Of a stretch of DNA of 64,000 bases, positions 12,813 to 26,467 are shown one piece after another. The notes below the pieces were generated by a model. The model searched no databases. It saw only the letters and a list, made by a program, of their open reading frames with translations, and had not been told where the DNA came from. The position numbers and the translations under genes were made by a program. Every line of letters starts with the position of its first letter. Position 1 is the first letter of the stretch. Source of the DNA: Octopus vulgaris (taxonomy: Eukaryota); NCBI GenBank assembly GCA_951406725.2, contig OX597817.1, positions 118,854,001 through 118,918,000 on the forward strand. Direction: 5' to 3'.

Positions 12813-13929
12813 AACTGTTGACTGTGCTAAACCAGCTGACAAATTAAACATCTAACATTGGCTTCAAAAGAAACATAGGATACTAGATACAAAGTACCAC
12901 TCATCTGGTTTCTAATCTTATATTTACTTACAGGTAGAATGGGACTATAGCGCACTATATCAAGATACCAGATGCTGACTACTTAACTAGCTGCATGGTA
13001 ACCTAACAACTTAGACATAGCACTGTCGATTAGCAAGAACACCGATCTTAATAACAGATTTTTTTAATGTCAAGTGGATATTACGACAGTCTCTTAGCTT
13101 CTGTATTCTCTCAGTAGCACTATGTTGTCTCAATCCAGAACACTTCAAAGTCTGTAACATTATTCAACAGTTTCAAAGACAGGAGTAATATGCTAACCTG
13201 GATGGAAATATTCATGCAGTAATAAAATTAATTTCAGTCAAGTCTGTGTATCACGAAATGTTACAAGATGGGGAAAATAAAGAGCTATTTTTAGCAGAAA
13301 GAATATTAAGATGGTTGATAATGATATGTGATGATGAGGTTCCTCTAATGGAGGTCTCTTTAACTGTATATTAAAACATTAGGCCATAGCAACTGGATGA
13401 CCTTTACTGTGATATTGCCTGTTACCAAATATTGATCTTGTCAAGTCCACAAATTTCTTCTATAATCGATATTTTTATGTAACACAGAAAGGTTTGGTAT
13501 TTATCTGAACACAAAAAGAAAAAAAACACATAACACACCATAGATTAATTAATTGCATGCATGTGTACACACACACACATACATATGACAATTATTTTAT
13601 GAAAGAGTCAATTAAACTTAGTAAAGATGCAGAAAAACTATTATATTCTTCAATTTCCATTTATTGCCTTATGGTACAGTCAAATATGATGTATCAAAAG
13701 TTTTATCGGCTTGGTTATTGAATCTCTAGAATTGCGTCAATGACCTGGTTGCAGAAGTGTGATGAAACTTTTTACAACTTCAATGAATGAAAAGTGAATA
13801 TATCAGTTGCTGTATGTTTTTAAATGACAAAAGTGAATCTTGTAAAATGCAGTTCAGTTTCAGCAAACGGTTCTCAGACCAAGTTACTTTCCAAAAACAA
13901 GCACAACTCTAAAATAAATCTTTTATCAT

Positions 13930-14312
13930 TTGTCTTTTACTTGTTTCAGTCATTGGATTGTGGCAATGCTGGAGCATTGTCTCGGAGAATTTAGTTGAAC
14001 GGATCAATATCAGCACTCAGTTATTTTAAGCCTGGTGCTTATTCTATAGGTCGCTTTCACAGAACTGCTAAGTTATGGAGATGTAATCAAACCAACACCG
14101 GTTGTCAAGCAGCGGTCACACACACATGTGTGTGTACACACACACACACAAACAAACAGACTCAGTTTCTGCCTACCAAATCCACTCCCAAGGATTTGAT
14201 CAGTCTGAGGCTATAGAAGAAGACATTTTCTCCAGGTGCCACGCTCTGGGACTGAACCCAAAACCATGTGCCTGGGAAGAAAACTTCTTGCTACAAAGCC
14301 ATGTCTGCACCT
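13930..14312 (-). mobile_element. Family B SINE
   Basis: Reverse-complement homology to 12387-12812. Confidence 0.75.
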
Positions 14313-15489
14313 ATATTTAGATTTCTTCCAAAATAATTTTTAGAATATGACCCCATAAATAATATATATGATCAAACAATTACATATTTATAATTTCAAC
14401 CTAGCTGAATTCCATTTAGCTGCACCAGCCTGGATCAATGTAAATTCCTTGTGCATATTTGTTTCAGAAAAGTGCACAGAATTGCCTAAATGAGTAAAAT
14501 TATCTATAACAAATATGTTTAATATAAGGATGGATACGTACTGTCCCAAAATGTCTAAGATGACCGTTCCCTAATCATTGTTTTCAAAAAGTGCTTCAAC
14601 CATAATTATACTCAAAACCAAATCTAGTATACCAAATTTGATGGCAGAAAGAAGTGATTACTTTATTTCGATATAAAAGGGAAAAGTATGACAGATATAA
14701 AATACATGATACAATATGCTACTGTTGTCAGACTATCACTACACTTTATCAAAGATTAATAATGCATCTATAGTGAAACAGCTTGCTTCACAATATTTAA
14801 CAAAATTCTTATCAATAGACATTAAATTAGTCTAAATAGAACTTGTCACTAAAAATAATAACAATATAACAGAACATAATACTTAATACTATCAAAATAC
14901 ACTCCAATTATCAATATACAAAAAAAAAAGCAGTCGGAGTATACATTAATATTCTTCCATAAAGGCCATTTTGGCAATTACCACATGTCTTATAATAAAC
15001 AAGCAGAAGCAAGATATCATATATAAATACATAAACAACACTTTTTGTTGATATTGCTCATTACTCTGAATATAAGATTAGATGACCTTGAAACTTCGAT
15101 AAGATTTAATTGGAAAAAAGTTATATATACACTTCAGTTAATAACTGCAAACCTCATGAGGAAGTGGGAGAATAAGATCAGTTTGTATATGAGAGTGTAC
15201 ATTTTATGTATGAATTTTATTGCTGTGGTTGGCATATGCTGTCAGTTTCTACTATTGATTTCTTAAATGAACATTCTTAAAGAATAAAGTCAGTGAGCAG
15301 ATCTCTGTTACTGATAGGAAATCTAAATGTAAATATATTTTGGGGAAAATATCTTTAAAAAACATAAAAAATATATTGATATGTTTTAGAGTCAATCATC
15401 TTCAATTCAGCTAAACCCACTTGAAACAGATAGCTTTCACTCAGTTTAGTAGTTCCACCTAACTAGAATTAATGATAATAACATTGTTT

Positions 15490-16110
15490 CTTATTTATGC
15501 ACTTCTAGCAATTTTTGAGGGGAGGGGTATTGTTAATACAGCTACTCCAGTACTTCACTGGTTGGTATTTTACTTTATCAACCATGGAGAGATGAATGAC
15601 AAAAATGACTTTGATATGGTTTGAACTCAGAACACAAAGAGTCAGAGCAAATACTGCAAAGTATTTTGTCTACATTCAAATGATCCTACTAGCCTGCAAC
15701 CTTTGTTTCTACTATTAGCACTAAAGTCTGAAATTCAGAGAAGGAAGTCAGTTAATGCCACCAACTCCATTACTGGAGTTGTACATAATGTTACTGACCC
15801 CAAAGGAGTGAAAGACAAAGTTGACATCAGTAGGATTTGAACTCAGAATGTAAAGAGACGGAACAAATAACACAAAACATTTTTTCGGATGCTTCAACAA
15901 TTCTGCCAATTCACCATTCTAATAGCTTCTAATTTAAACACAAATTTAACAATTTTAAGGCTCTAAGATTAGGTAATAGCATTAATGCCAGTACATGACT
16001 GGTGCATTATTTTATTGATCCCAAAAGGAATAAAGGCATAGGGAACCTCGATAAGAGCTGGAACAAATACAAGGCATTTTTCCCAAGGCTCTGATGATTA
16101 TACCAGAACT
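15490..16110 (-). mobile_element. Head-to-tail cluster of three decayed family A SINEs
   Basis: Repeated ACTGG..TTTAT..GAAAG..TTTGAACTCAGAA units at about 15490-15700, 15705-15920 and 15925-16110. Confidence 0.6.
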
Positions 16111-18340
16111 GGAATTGTATACTGCTAGTTCTGTAACAACATCACTAAATTATCTATAATAATAAATAAATTTGAGTACATTAAAAAAAAATTGCAATGC
16201 TATGATCTTTGAATATATTTTGAGCATTCATCTAACCACAACTGTTAACATATAACCCTTTTGCTAACTTTAAACATATTTCCTAAATTTGAGTGTTTTC
16301 ATTAATCTTGATCATTCTTGTTAACCCTAAGTACTGCCATGCATATTTCCCATTGCATATACTGACTTGCTTAGAATATCTTTATTAAGCTGGAACATTT
16401 TTGTTATCCATAAACATCCTTGTTAACCTAGAACTAGAACACTATCATGCATGTTCTCCAAGATGTACTTGATTCTTGATTCGAGGAAGAAAAATGGTTG
16501 ATGTATTTCTCAAACCATAAATTATAAGTATTAGTAATGATGATGATAATAATGATGATGATGATGTGTCCCCTTAAAAAAAAAAATTCAAAAAAAATAA
16601 GTGTTACATTGGCTAATACATACCAGCATTGACTAACTATTATCTTTGGTTATAGACTTTTTAATTAGAAACTAATGCTAAACTGGTGCCAAGAAATCAA
16701 AGTGGATGAAGCTAATGGCTCATAAAATCAAATTCTCTAATAAGTATCGGATATCTTCTGAGAGTATTGTTACTGGTTCTGCATTGATTTGCTCATTTTC
16801 TTTTTCTTTTTTTTTTTTTTTAAATTTCATTTTTAGTCGTCAGTATTTTTCATGGAAGTGGGGGAGGAGGATTTTTTTTACATTCATGATAAAGAATATG
16901 CTTCTTCCTATATCTTTTTTTTTATTGTGAGGGTGAGTGGAAGTGAATGTACATGGAACTGTTTTTTTACTTTACGTTTCTGCATTTCTGCTTGTTTTTT
17001 TTGTTTTTGTTTTTGCCTTTTCTTTTCAGCCAAGTAGCCAATTATATTAGCAAGCTCAGTTGTCTTTCTGGAATATTCCCAGAAAAACACAAAATTATGA
17101 AGAAAATTGAATTTTGATCTTTTACTTCTTAATAGTTATATTTCTATAACATATATAAAAGTAACACAGACACACACACTTTTATATATACACTGTGTGT
17201 TAGAAGCCTGCAAGTAACTCATATTTGAAATAGGTTTCTCTATTTATAAGTTGGGATCTCACTCAGACAATATCAATAAGATTATACAGCTTCATGTAGA
17301 CCACATCAGCAACTTCATTGTTTGCTTTTACCATTTTCAAAGAAATGCTGCTATCTGTATTTCATAGTGAAACAGAAAAAGAATTAAGCCAAATAAATTC
17401 AAGAATACAAGAAAATATTTTACTATAGTTTCTTGTTTCCATTTCTTCCAGTGTTGAGTAATTCATAACTATCATTGTCTGTCTGCACATTATACAATTA
17501 TTTCTATACATTTCATATCAATAATATTAACAACTGGATAGGTTTCCACTTGTTTTCTGTTAAAATAGATAATCTGCATAAATATCTAGTTTAGACTCTT
17601 TTCTTAGCTGGTTATAACGTAATTTTGACTAGTGGAGAAATGCTTAAGCATAGGATATAAAGCCCCCGCATGACATGAATTCAATGCTCAACTGTCACCA
17701 GTTGAATGCACCTGGTATGGGTCCCTATCAAGAGTTATAGATCCTGAGTGATGAGTAGATAGCCTCATAGCTTTGAGAGACAAAGAGACTAGAGAGTAAG
17801 TCTTAAATAAATCAAGAGAGAAGCGTTAAGTTGACCTGGTGTTAGCATTAGCATTCTCCTGGCAATACCTGCAGACATATTGGTACCAAATGTACTACTC
17901 TGTATGCCACTGGATTGCACCAGTGAAATCAAAATAGGAATCCTGTCATGAATAACCCACAGCCTCTCATATTCCCAGTTCAGCATCTGTCCTGGAGAAG
18001 TCACCCGAGTGCTACTACGGAAAACATTAGTAACAGGACAAGATGTTGTTACCTCTCCCATGGTGAGTTATGGTTCAAATGATGCCAATGATAACAACAA
18101 TGATAAAAGTGCTTCTAGTTTCAGCAGAAGGCCAGCAATTTTGAGGGGTCAATGGTATTAGCTGATTATATTAAAACCAGTACTTGATTGGTACTTTGTT
18201 TTACCACCACAAAAAGAATGAAAGACTAAGATAACCATGGCAAGTTTTGACTTTAAAACATAAAACAGTAGAACCACAGATATTTTGTCCAATGATCTAA
18301 CAAACGTGTTGGCCTTGTGCTAAAATTTGAAACCATTATA

Positions 18341-18371
<31 letters not shown>

Positions 18372-18419
18372 TATATTTTAAAAGGATTGATGAAACTCTT
18401 CACAAAGGTAAAAATAGAC

Positions 18420-18577
18420 AAGACGAAGAGCACGATGTGATTGCAATAGATATTTTATTGGTTGAATGATATTTTGACAGGAAGCCTGTCTTTTTCGAGT
18501 TACAAAGACAGGCTTGCTGTCGAAATATCATTCAACCAATAAAATATCTATTGCAATCACACCACGCTCCTCGTCTT
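18420..18577. repeat. Long inverted repeat (74-bp arms, 10-nt spacer)
   Basis: 18420-18493 is the reverse complement of 18504-18577 with about 6 mismatches. Confidence 0.93.
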
Positions 18578-18597
18578 ATTATTATTATTATTATTTA

Positions 18598-19272
18598 CTT
18601 TTAATCTGCATGTTTGTTACACTCTCTTGCCAAGACACATCCAGCATCCTAGGCTGAGTGAAGGATAAGAGATGTTACAGTATGACTGAAATTTGGGGAA
18701 GGGAAATAGCAGGGGCAGTAGCAAAATATCTTCATGTAATACAAAACGTACATTTAAATTGATAGGGTTTTTTTCAGGGATGTGGACAGTACTCGTCAGT
18801 ACAATCTTTTGGATTTCTCTGAGACATGTTTCTCCTGGGATATTATCTAGATGTTTCTGACATCCCTTTCTTATCATACCTAGGGCACCCACAATAGCAG
18901 GAAAAGTTCTCACTTTAAGATGCCACATCTTTTGCATTTCAATTTCCAGATGCTTATATTTACCTAATTTATCAAATTCCCTTACAGATGTATGTTTGTC
19001 AGTGGGAACACTAACATCTGTTAGTCTACAAGTATTTTCTTCTTTGTCTTTAATGACAGTGATGACTGGAAAATCCCAGAGGATAGTGGCATTTTTACTT
19101 TCAACAACTGATGTTCATACCAGTAAGCAGGATTGCAAATTTTGTAGTGTTTACATATTTTCCTGTGTAAATACTGTCCTACCCTATTGTGGTGATTTTT
19201 GTATTCATTTGGTGTTAGCACAGGACATCCCGAGGCGAGATGGCAGATTGTTGAATCAAATTTATTGCAGAA
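18598..19272 (-). mobile_element. Second decayed R4/Dong-like RLE non-LTR retrotransposon fragment
   Basis: Minus-strand peptides FCNKFDSTICHLASGCPVLTPNEYKNHHNRVGQYLHRKICKHY and MQKMWHLKVRTFPAIVGALGMIRKG..LREIQKIVLTSTVHI are homologous to the 1990-3222 element. Flanked by (ATT)n-type repeats. Confidence 0.85.
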
Positions 19273-20364
19273 TATGATTATTGTTATTATCATTATCAGC
19301 ATCATCATCATTGTTGTTGTTGTTGTTGTTATTATTATTATTCAATGATTTCATATGAGTTTCTTCGTAGGGATTTGTAAAGCTTGTATTCATATGCTTC
19401 ACTTTGTTTTGTAATTTATTTTGTTGTTTCTGGACTTATTTTAGTGTTTCATCTGTTTGGTGTATATGTTTAATGAATTGTGTTATTTTGTTGGATGAGG
19501 ATTTTTTTCCTTCAATAGTTTTATTTTTATTGCATGTTTACACTGCATTAACAAGCACTGTTCTGTGTGCCTTAGATATCTGCAATATTTAGCTATGCTA
19601 TTGTATTTTCCGATTGTATTGATATACATAATAAAATCTCTGCAGTGCCTAGTGGAGTGCCTATACTCATATCTGTATGATATGAGTATTACTAACAAGT
19701 ATCAGTACTTGGTGATATCCAGGTATTATATCAAAGTCATACTATGCTTCAACATGGAGCATATTGAAGTAAATGGAAACTATTATACTAAACTATTTCA
19801 GCATGTCAGTATGTGGTTTAATGTTACTGTAAATAAAACTGGAATATTTTTTTTAATAAAGTAAGATTTAAGTAATGGCAGGAGAGGGAACTCTCTGTTA
19901 ACATAATATAAATGAATGCAGCAATACATCATGATTGATAGAAAGAAAAAAAAATGGAAAGATAAAAAGATTAACTTTTAACATCCAATATGACATGAAT
20001 CTACCCAGCAATGCATGTATTGCTCAGTACTGTACCTCCTGAAAGCACCTGAATTGAAACACTCTTTGGGCTTTTGTCTTACCAACAAATATGTTGATGA
20101 AGTACAAGGTGGGGTTTGAATATCAGGAGCACTTGCAGGATAGGATTTTACTAAAGACCATGCTGGTGGTCTACAAACATTTAAAAGACTAATCCTAGAG
20201 ACCGTCAGGCCTTTCAATGCTCAGCTTGTTCTAAAAATGCTTATGAGTGTATTTTGGTGCACTTTCTTTCAACATGAGTGACAGGGGATGTGTTTAACTG
20301 ACTATATAATTTTTTTGTTTTTTTATCAGAATAAACTGTATTTGAATAAAACGAGAAGCAAACT

Positions 20365-20760
20365 CTGAAATAATCTTTCTTTTCTCTGACCCTGTAACTG
20401 CTCCAAATTTCCTCTAGTTTCCTATAAAAGAGGCAATCTCATTAATCCGAGAACCTACAAATGCTCTCTTCCCAAGGTCGTACTTATTTCTCATTTTCAA
20501 CACCACAATAAAAATTCATTCAACTGCAGTTCTTCCAAAGTGTTTATACTACAATGCTTACAAGCTCTACAATACTCTACATCTACACAAAAATGGGTAA
20601 CCTTGTAGATGACCACTTCAATAAAAACTTTCATATCCACAATACCAAGGGCATCTCAATATGCCAAGCCATCCCAACATTCAAGTTGTTAGACCACTCC
20701 ACTGAACTACTTATTGGTCTGTAAATCTGCTCACATATATTTTCTTATATCCATAAAGCT
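20365..20760 (+). mobile_element. Highly decayed Penelope-like element remnant (linker and GIY-YIG endonuclease region)
   Basis: Broken frames SDPVTAPNFPLVSYKRGNL, NSFNCSSSKVF.. and YTKMGNLVDDHFNK resemble the PLE pattern SDP....FP..P..SFKR..NL / SF.C.S.N.IY.I.C / YIG.TG....DRF.EH. Many stops and frameshifts. Confidence 0.5.
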
Positions 20761-21954
20761 AAGCATGTTGCCTTACCCTTAGACAATTTTTGTTATGTTG
20801 ATACAAATGAATGATTTTCCTTTTAATTGTTACTCATCTACATTTTTATAATCAACTTTAAAATTTTTTTTTCTATTTTTTGATGCCAGTTCACTGATAT
20901 GGTTACATATGCTCTTGCTAAAGATTGTTATTATCATCATAAACCTAAGCCCATACAATGTAATTCCTCTTCTGCAAGTTTCTAGTTAATTTTCTTCAAA
21001 AATTACCTTCCAAATATTCTCTCTTTCCCAGTCACACCTCATTCTCTCCCCTTTTTCTTCCCAAATGATCTTGCTTTACATACCTTCTACATAATGTATA
21101 TATGTCTTTATATGTCAGTGTGAATGCTTAATCATTTATGTGTATGAATACAAGCATGTATTCATGTATACATACAGATATACCAGACATGTAGACCAAG
21201 CAAGAATATAGAACTATCATTTGTATTTTAAATTCTTTTAACTCTTTATGTTTTCTTTGCTTGTATGTGGAAGAAGTGTAAGCACATTTATACATATATC
21301 ACTTTACTCATATGCATAAAGATACTTCAAAATTTTTGCTCTACTTCTGTCCGCTTTTTTGCATCATTAGTCTGGTAGGTGATCATCATCTGCACTGCTT
21401 GATCATGATGCTCTTCAAACTTTTTTTTTTAAATCTTCAACTCCATTTATAGATACATACTACTTTTCGCTTCTTCCTGCTGAGCTCGACCAAGAATCTT
21501 AGAATCCATATCTCCTCACATTACACGAACTTAATGAAGTTTTAAATTGGAATAAGTTATAAATCTATCATTCCTTTCAGTATCACAGAATAAAAAACAG
21601 CTTTGCATAGTTTTATTTCAAAATGCACAATTAGGTAAGTCCTCAATAATGGTTACTTTCTACACTTAACACTTGAACACCTACTTGCTGTCTTCCATAT
21701 GAAACTTTGGTATTATATATAAGAACATTATATTAGTAATTACACATTCTGGTGTTATTGTCTGTAAACCTCATGTAAGCACTGGTTGAGCAAAACCATA
21801 ACTAAGTACAACTTTTTGGCCATTTTTTTCTATTTTTCTTTCCAAACAGTGTGTTTCAAACTACAATATCCAATGAGTCACTCGTTTAAGATGTGCGGGC
21901 ATGATTTAAGGAAGGCTTGGCTGCTATTTCTGCATACTGGCACCCTTGTGTGTA

Positions 21955-21989
<35 letters not shown>

Positions 21990-23694
21990 AGGGAGGGGGT
22001 TAGTGTAAAAAGATATAGATGTTTTCTAAACACTTGCCTCAAAACATCAAATTACAAGATAAATTGTGAGTTAATCAACACAGTTGCAAAAGTAACTAAT
22101 TGGCTTATCCAAGAAACGTAACAGCAAGCAGAAAAAGTTCATTTTAGTTCAAAAAAATCCTCAACAGTAATTAACAACAACAACAAAAAACAATGTAGTT
22201 AAAATCATTGTTTCAAATGTGTATCTCCCTATTCTAGGTGTATTTATTTGATAACAATTTCATCAAAGATTTATTTCGTCGGAAATTTTGTGAAGTAATC
22301 TTTTTGATAAATATAGAAAAACAACCCTCCATGTAAAATAAAATAAGAAACATATCAACTATTTCATTGTTAATTTAATACAAAATAGTTAATTATCAAA
22401 GATAATTAGGGAATTAAATATCAAATTATAGCAAATCTTATACCTTTTAATTATAGCCAAAGCATGTTGCGTGGCTATGTATTTAAACCCTGCATTACAC
22501 TATTATTGATCATGCTTTGCTCACAAATTACATGAATCAGCTTGCATAGATCACAATAAATAGCATTCCTAGCAGAAAACAGTGAAGCGTTTAGATATCT
22601 AGGTTAGCTTCCTTCTGTTTCTGCAATACACTAGAAATGTATATATATATATACACACAGGGAAAAGAATGATAAGACAACATCAACTGCTTATGAGTTT
22701 TTAAATGGTTAACCCAAAGCATAATTCTGTTCAGAAATGAAAGTTAAGGGCTGTCCAATTATGTAACAAAATTGAACCCATGGCATTGGTTATATGGTTG
22801 TCGTAGTGTTAGTGTTGATGATGACGGTTATGATAATGATGAAATTATTTGTATAATTTTCTCATTGTTAAACTTATATTTCAAATGTGTCTGTGAAAAT
22901 TTACAATTCATGCAAAGAAAAAAAAATTATATATATGTAAAATAAATTTCTAAAAAAAAAGTTATAATATTTTTTTTTCTCATTTCCTAAACTTGAAACC
23001 AGTGAATTGAAATAAAACTTCTTGTTCAGAGCAAATAATTCTGATGAAATCTGCTTTGGCACAGTGGGAGATGAGACAGTATATACTAAATAGTGCTTTT
23101 GTGTGTTAGAAGCTATCATACCCCATAAGATGAACATGAAATTTAACACTGTAAGTTAGAAATTCCTAACAATTTCATTATTTATGATCATTTGTTGGGC
23201 CTATTCATGGTACATCTAAGTAGATAGATTGAATCAAGAAGTTTTGAGTGTTTTTCTAAGAACACAACACAATACTGGTGATGGGATACAAACCATGGAT
23301 TCTTACTGAGGTGTTATTTGAATAAGCTACCCACCTACCACGAAGTAACTTCAGTTTGACATATTTATATATTACAGAATTTTAGATATTTAAATGAAAG
23401 GAAGATATACATTTGTTAAGAAATGTATTTGTTAATCTCTGAACTAGTTGTTTTACAAAACTGCTCTTTTCTAATTACACCATCATTATCATATCACCAT
23501 CATCATTTAACATTCATGATGATGATAAAGAAGGTGATAAAATTAGAAAACTGCAATTTGTAAAACAACTTCTCAGAGAATAATTGGATCATGAGGTGGA
23601 ACAAATTATCGTTTCTAAGTGAAACATACTGAAACAAAAATATAGACTTGACGACTAAAGACACAATTTAAAGAACTTTTACATATATCTACAT

Positions 23695-23945
23695 CAGTGG
23701 TTCCCAAACTGGGGTCTATGGACCCCTGGTCCGCAAAGGTAGTGCTGGGGGTCTGAAAACTAGATTCAAAATTTCATATATATATATAGATATATATATA
23801 TATGTGTCCCTTTTCTGTGTCCCTCTCTGTAGACGAGCGTAGGCTCAAAACGTAAAAGACTTTTTCTATTCCTGAGCGTTATACTAATACATCAGTTTGT
23901 TTTGTATACCACCTGTCTTTGTCTTTAGTTTTTTCATAAACTCCC

Positions 23946-23989
<44 letters not shown>

Positions 23990-24102
23990 AGTTATGTATG
24001 TATGTATATACATAAGAATAAGCATATCAAAAGCAGGGGGCATGGGAAAACTCATTTAAATAAAAGGGCTGGGAACCATGGTGAAAAGATTGGGAACTAC
24101 TG
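23695..24102. mobile_element. hAT (Charlie-like) MITE with nested insert
   Basis: TIRs CAGTGGTTCCCAA / TTGGGAACTACTG; perfect 8-bp target duplication ATCTACAT at 23687-23694 and 24103-24110. Confidence 0.88.
23804..23948 (+). repeat. Penelope-pLTR-like repeat with hammerhead-like motif, copy 1 (motif 23823-23858)
   Basis: CTCT-CTGTAGA-C-GAGC-GTAG-GCTC-AAAAC-GTA-AAAG followed by TTCCTGAGCGTTATACTAATACATC..CACCTGTCTT; homologous to 47610-47790 and 60880-61065. Confidence 0.6.
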
Positions 24103-24324
24103 ATCTACATCTATATATTCACCAGCAGCCATTTTGCTATTTTCAAACACTGTGGCATCCAGACCACACTGTACAGGGGACCTTCAATGTGGCTGTACAC
24201 TATTAGAAATAGCTGCAAAATCTTCCTCAAATCATTACACTCTTAGAAAAGCGATAACACTGAATGTGTTCTTAGATTCCCTTAGCATAAGAGAAAGACA
24301 GGAATATCATATATTCATCTTTTA

Positions 24325-24712
24325 TTTTTTTCATGTTTCAGCCATCTAAATGTGGTCATGCTGCAGCACTACCTTGAAGGGATTTTAGTCAAGCAAATCA
24401 ATCTCAATACATATATTTTAAGTTTGGCGTTGAAAATTGACCTACTTTGCCAAACTACTAAGTCATGGGAATGTAAACAAACCAACATTGATTGTAAAGA
24501 GTTGGTGGTGGGGCTCAACCCCCACACAAACACACATGCATGCACACACAATGGGCTTCCACACAGTTTCTATCTATTTAAAAATTTACCTACAAGGCAT
24601 TGGTTGGCCTGGGGCAATAGTAGAAGACATTTGCCCAAGGTTCTGTGCTGCAGTATTGAACCTAAAACCACATGGTTGTAGAGCAAGCTTCTTAACCACA
24701 CAGCCATGCCTA
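24325..24712 (-). mobile_element. Family B SINE (older copy)
   Basis: Reverse-complement homology to family B (AGAAGACATTTGCCCAAGG..ACCACACAGCCATGCC). Confidence 0.7.
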
Positions 24713-25531
24713 GAATGTCTTTCACCAGAGATTTGCTTGATTAGGATTGACCTGGAGCTAAACAACAACAACAACACAACTCAAATTAAAAAGTAGAATT
24801 TAAACACTTGACTAATGAACCATGAATCTTGTTCTTCAAACATTCAGCAAGTGAATTACTATGTGGTATTAATTACTTCCAAATGCTCATTAAAAATTTT
24901 TTTAAAACTATTTTTAGGAGGAAAGAAACAGAAGAAACTGTATTAAAGCTTTAAAAAGAAAAATTTTGGTAAAAATGATATTACCCATCATTTTATAAAA
25001 GGAAATTCTACCGAGAGTTAAAAGCTTTGTTGAGTACCTTTTTACACATATAAACTGATGATGATACTGATGATGATGGTGGTGGTAATGATGGTGAAAG
25101 TAATAGTGGTGGTAGCGATGTTAGTAGCAATATTAATGAGGACTGATGACAATTAGGTTGACCTTAATGATGATGAGTACAGTGAGGATGCTGATAATGA
25201 TACCTCTTGATTCAGTGAAATGGTTTAGTCATCCTGAGAATTTTAAGAAACGAGATTGTAGAGACGGTAAAACTGGTAATGACTTCACTTTAGATGGAAA
25301 GTTAATCTTTCCAGAGAAACATGAGACGTATCTTTGTAAATTAACATCAACTGAAGCAAGAACTAGTTATGACTGTTTGGTGTTGAATTAAATTTGCTTT
25401 CAATTTTGTAAAATGTCAAATTTGAAAATGATTCCTTTAAATACATTACTAAAGAATAACTTTAACAGAAACAAAATGAAAAAAAAAAAACACAAAAAGA
25501 AAAAAGAACATGGAAAATAAAATCTCATTTG

Positions 25532-25600
<69 letters not shown>

Positions 25601-26160
25601 TGATAATGTTTAAAAGAATAAAAATATTAATCTTACAAATAATTGAAGTTCTTAAATGATTTTTAGTGCAAATTGAAAATAGCCAATTTATTATTTAAGA
25701 CTTCACAAAGGAGAATGAATTTTTCTTTTCACTTATTTTGGATATTTTTTTTTGTTCTTCTTCAGTTTTTGTTTTCAAGGGAATGAAGAAAACAAATTTG
25801 TGTGTACTTGTTAACTGAACAATTAAGAATTTAATCAGCACTTAATAATATGTACAACAATCTCCCAACTGTACATTCTGCTTGTTTCTGCGTTTTTATA
25901 GTAGAGAAGACCAGGGCTTAGTTACTTCAGTGCCATGGAAATTGCTGAGCCAAAGAAAAAATAATATGCCATTTTGCTAGACTGTTTAAGATACTAGATT
26001 CTGATCATGGAATCATAAGTGTCTCTAGGCTATTCAAATAAGTTAATTTTCTTCAGATTACTTCTCCAACCCATGCCAGCATGGAAGGTGGGCGTTAAAT
26101 GATGATGATAACAATACTTGAATTACAACAGGTTTTTCTCTTAGTTATTATATACAAATA

Positions 26161-26467
26161 CGTGGAGGCACATGGCCTAGTGGTTAGAGCAGCAGACTTG
26201 CAGTCGAGGGATCACAGGTTTGAATCTCAGACCAGGCGATGTGTGTGTGTTTATGAGCAAAACACCTAAGCTCCATGCAGCTCCAGCAGAAGGTGATGGC
26301 GAACTTCTGCTGACTCTTTCGCCACAACTTTCCCTCACTCTTTCCTCCTGCCTCTAGTAGCTCACCGGTGATGGACCGACGTTCCATCCAGGTGGGGAAC
26401 CTATACGCCAATGAAACCGGGAAACCGGCCCATTATGAGCCAGGCATGGCTTGAGAGGGAACAAACA
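26161..26467 (+). mobile_element. tRNA-derived SINE, family D, with 11-bp TSD
   Basis: TGGCCTAGTGGTTAG (A box), GGTTTGAATCTC (B box), (ACAA)n tail, TSD ATATACAAATA at 26150-26160 and 26468-26478. Confidence 0.8.

Noticed and set aside
16975-17035. Strong plus-strand polypyrimidine tract ending TTTTCAG (similar at about 41610-41626)
   Set aside because: No open coding frame or convincing donor follows, and such tracts are expected by chance at this AT content.
17640-18070. GC-richer block with a 90-aa minus-strand ORF
   Set aside because: No recognisable homology; probably an old TE fragment that I cannot classify.
19978-20217. 79-aa minus-strand ORF in complex sequence
   Set aside because: No motif and no flanking splice signals; it does not continue the CUB domain.
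25146-25391. 81-aa ORF with protein-like composition
   Set aside because: It starts in a GAT repeat and has no recognisable domain or convincing splice sites; the minus strand is not CUB-like either.
26161-26240. tRNA-gene-like sequence (also 53046-53120 and 30380-30470)
   Set aside because: A and B boxes are present, but there is no complete cloverleaf and they continue into SINE bodies with tails or TSDs, so they are SINE heads and not tRNA genes.
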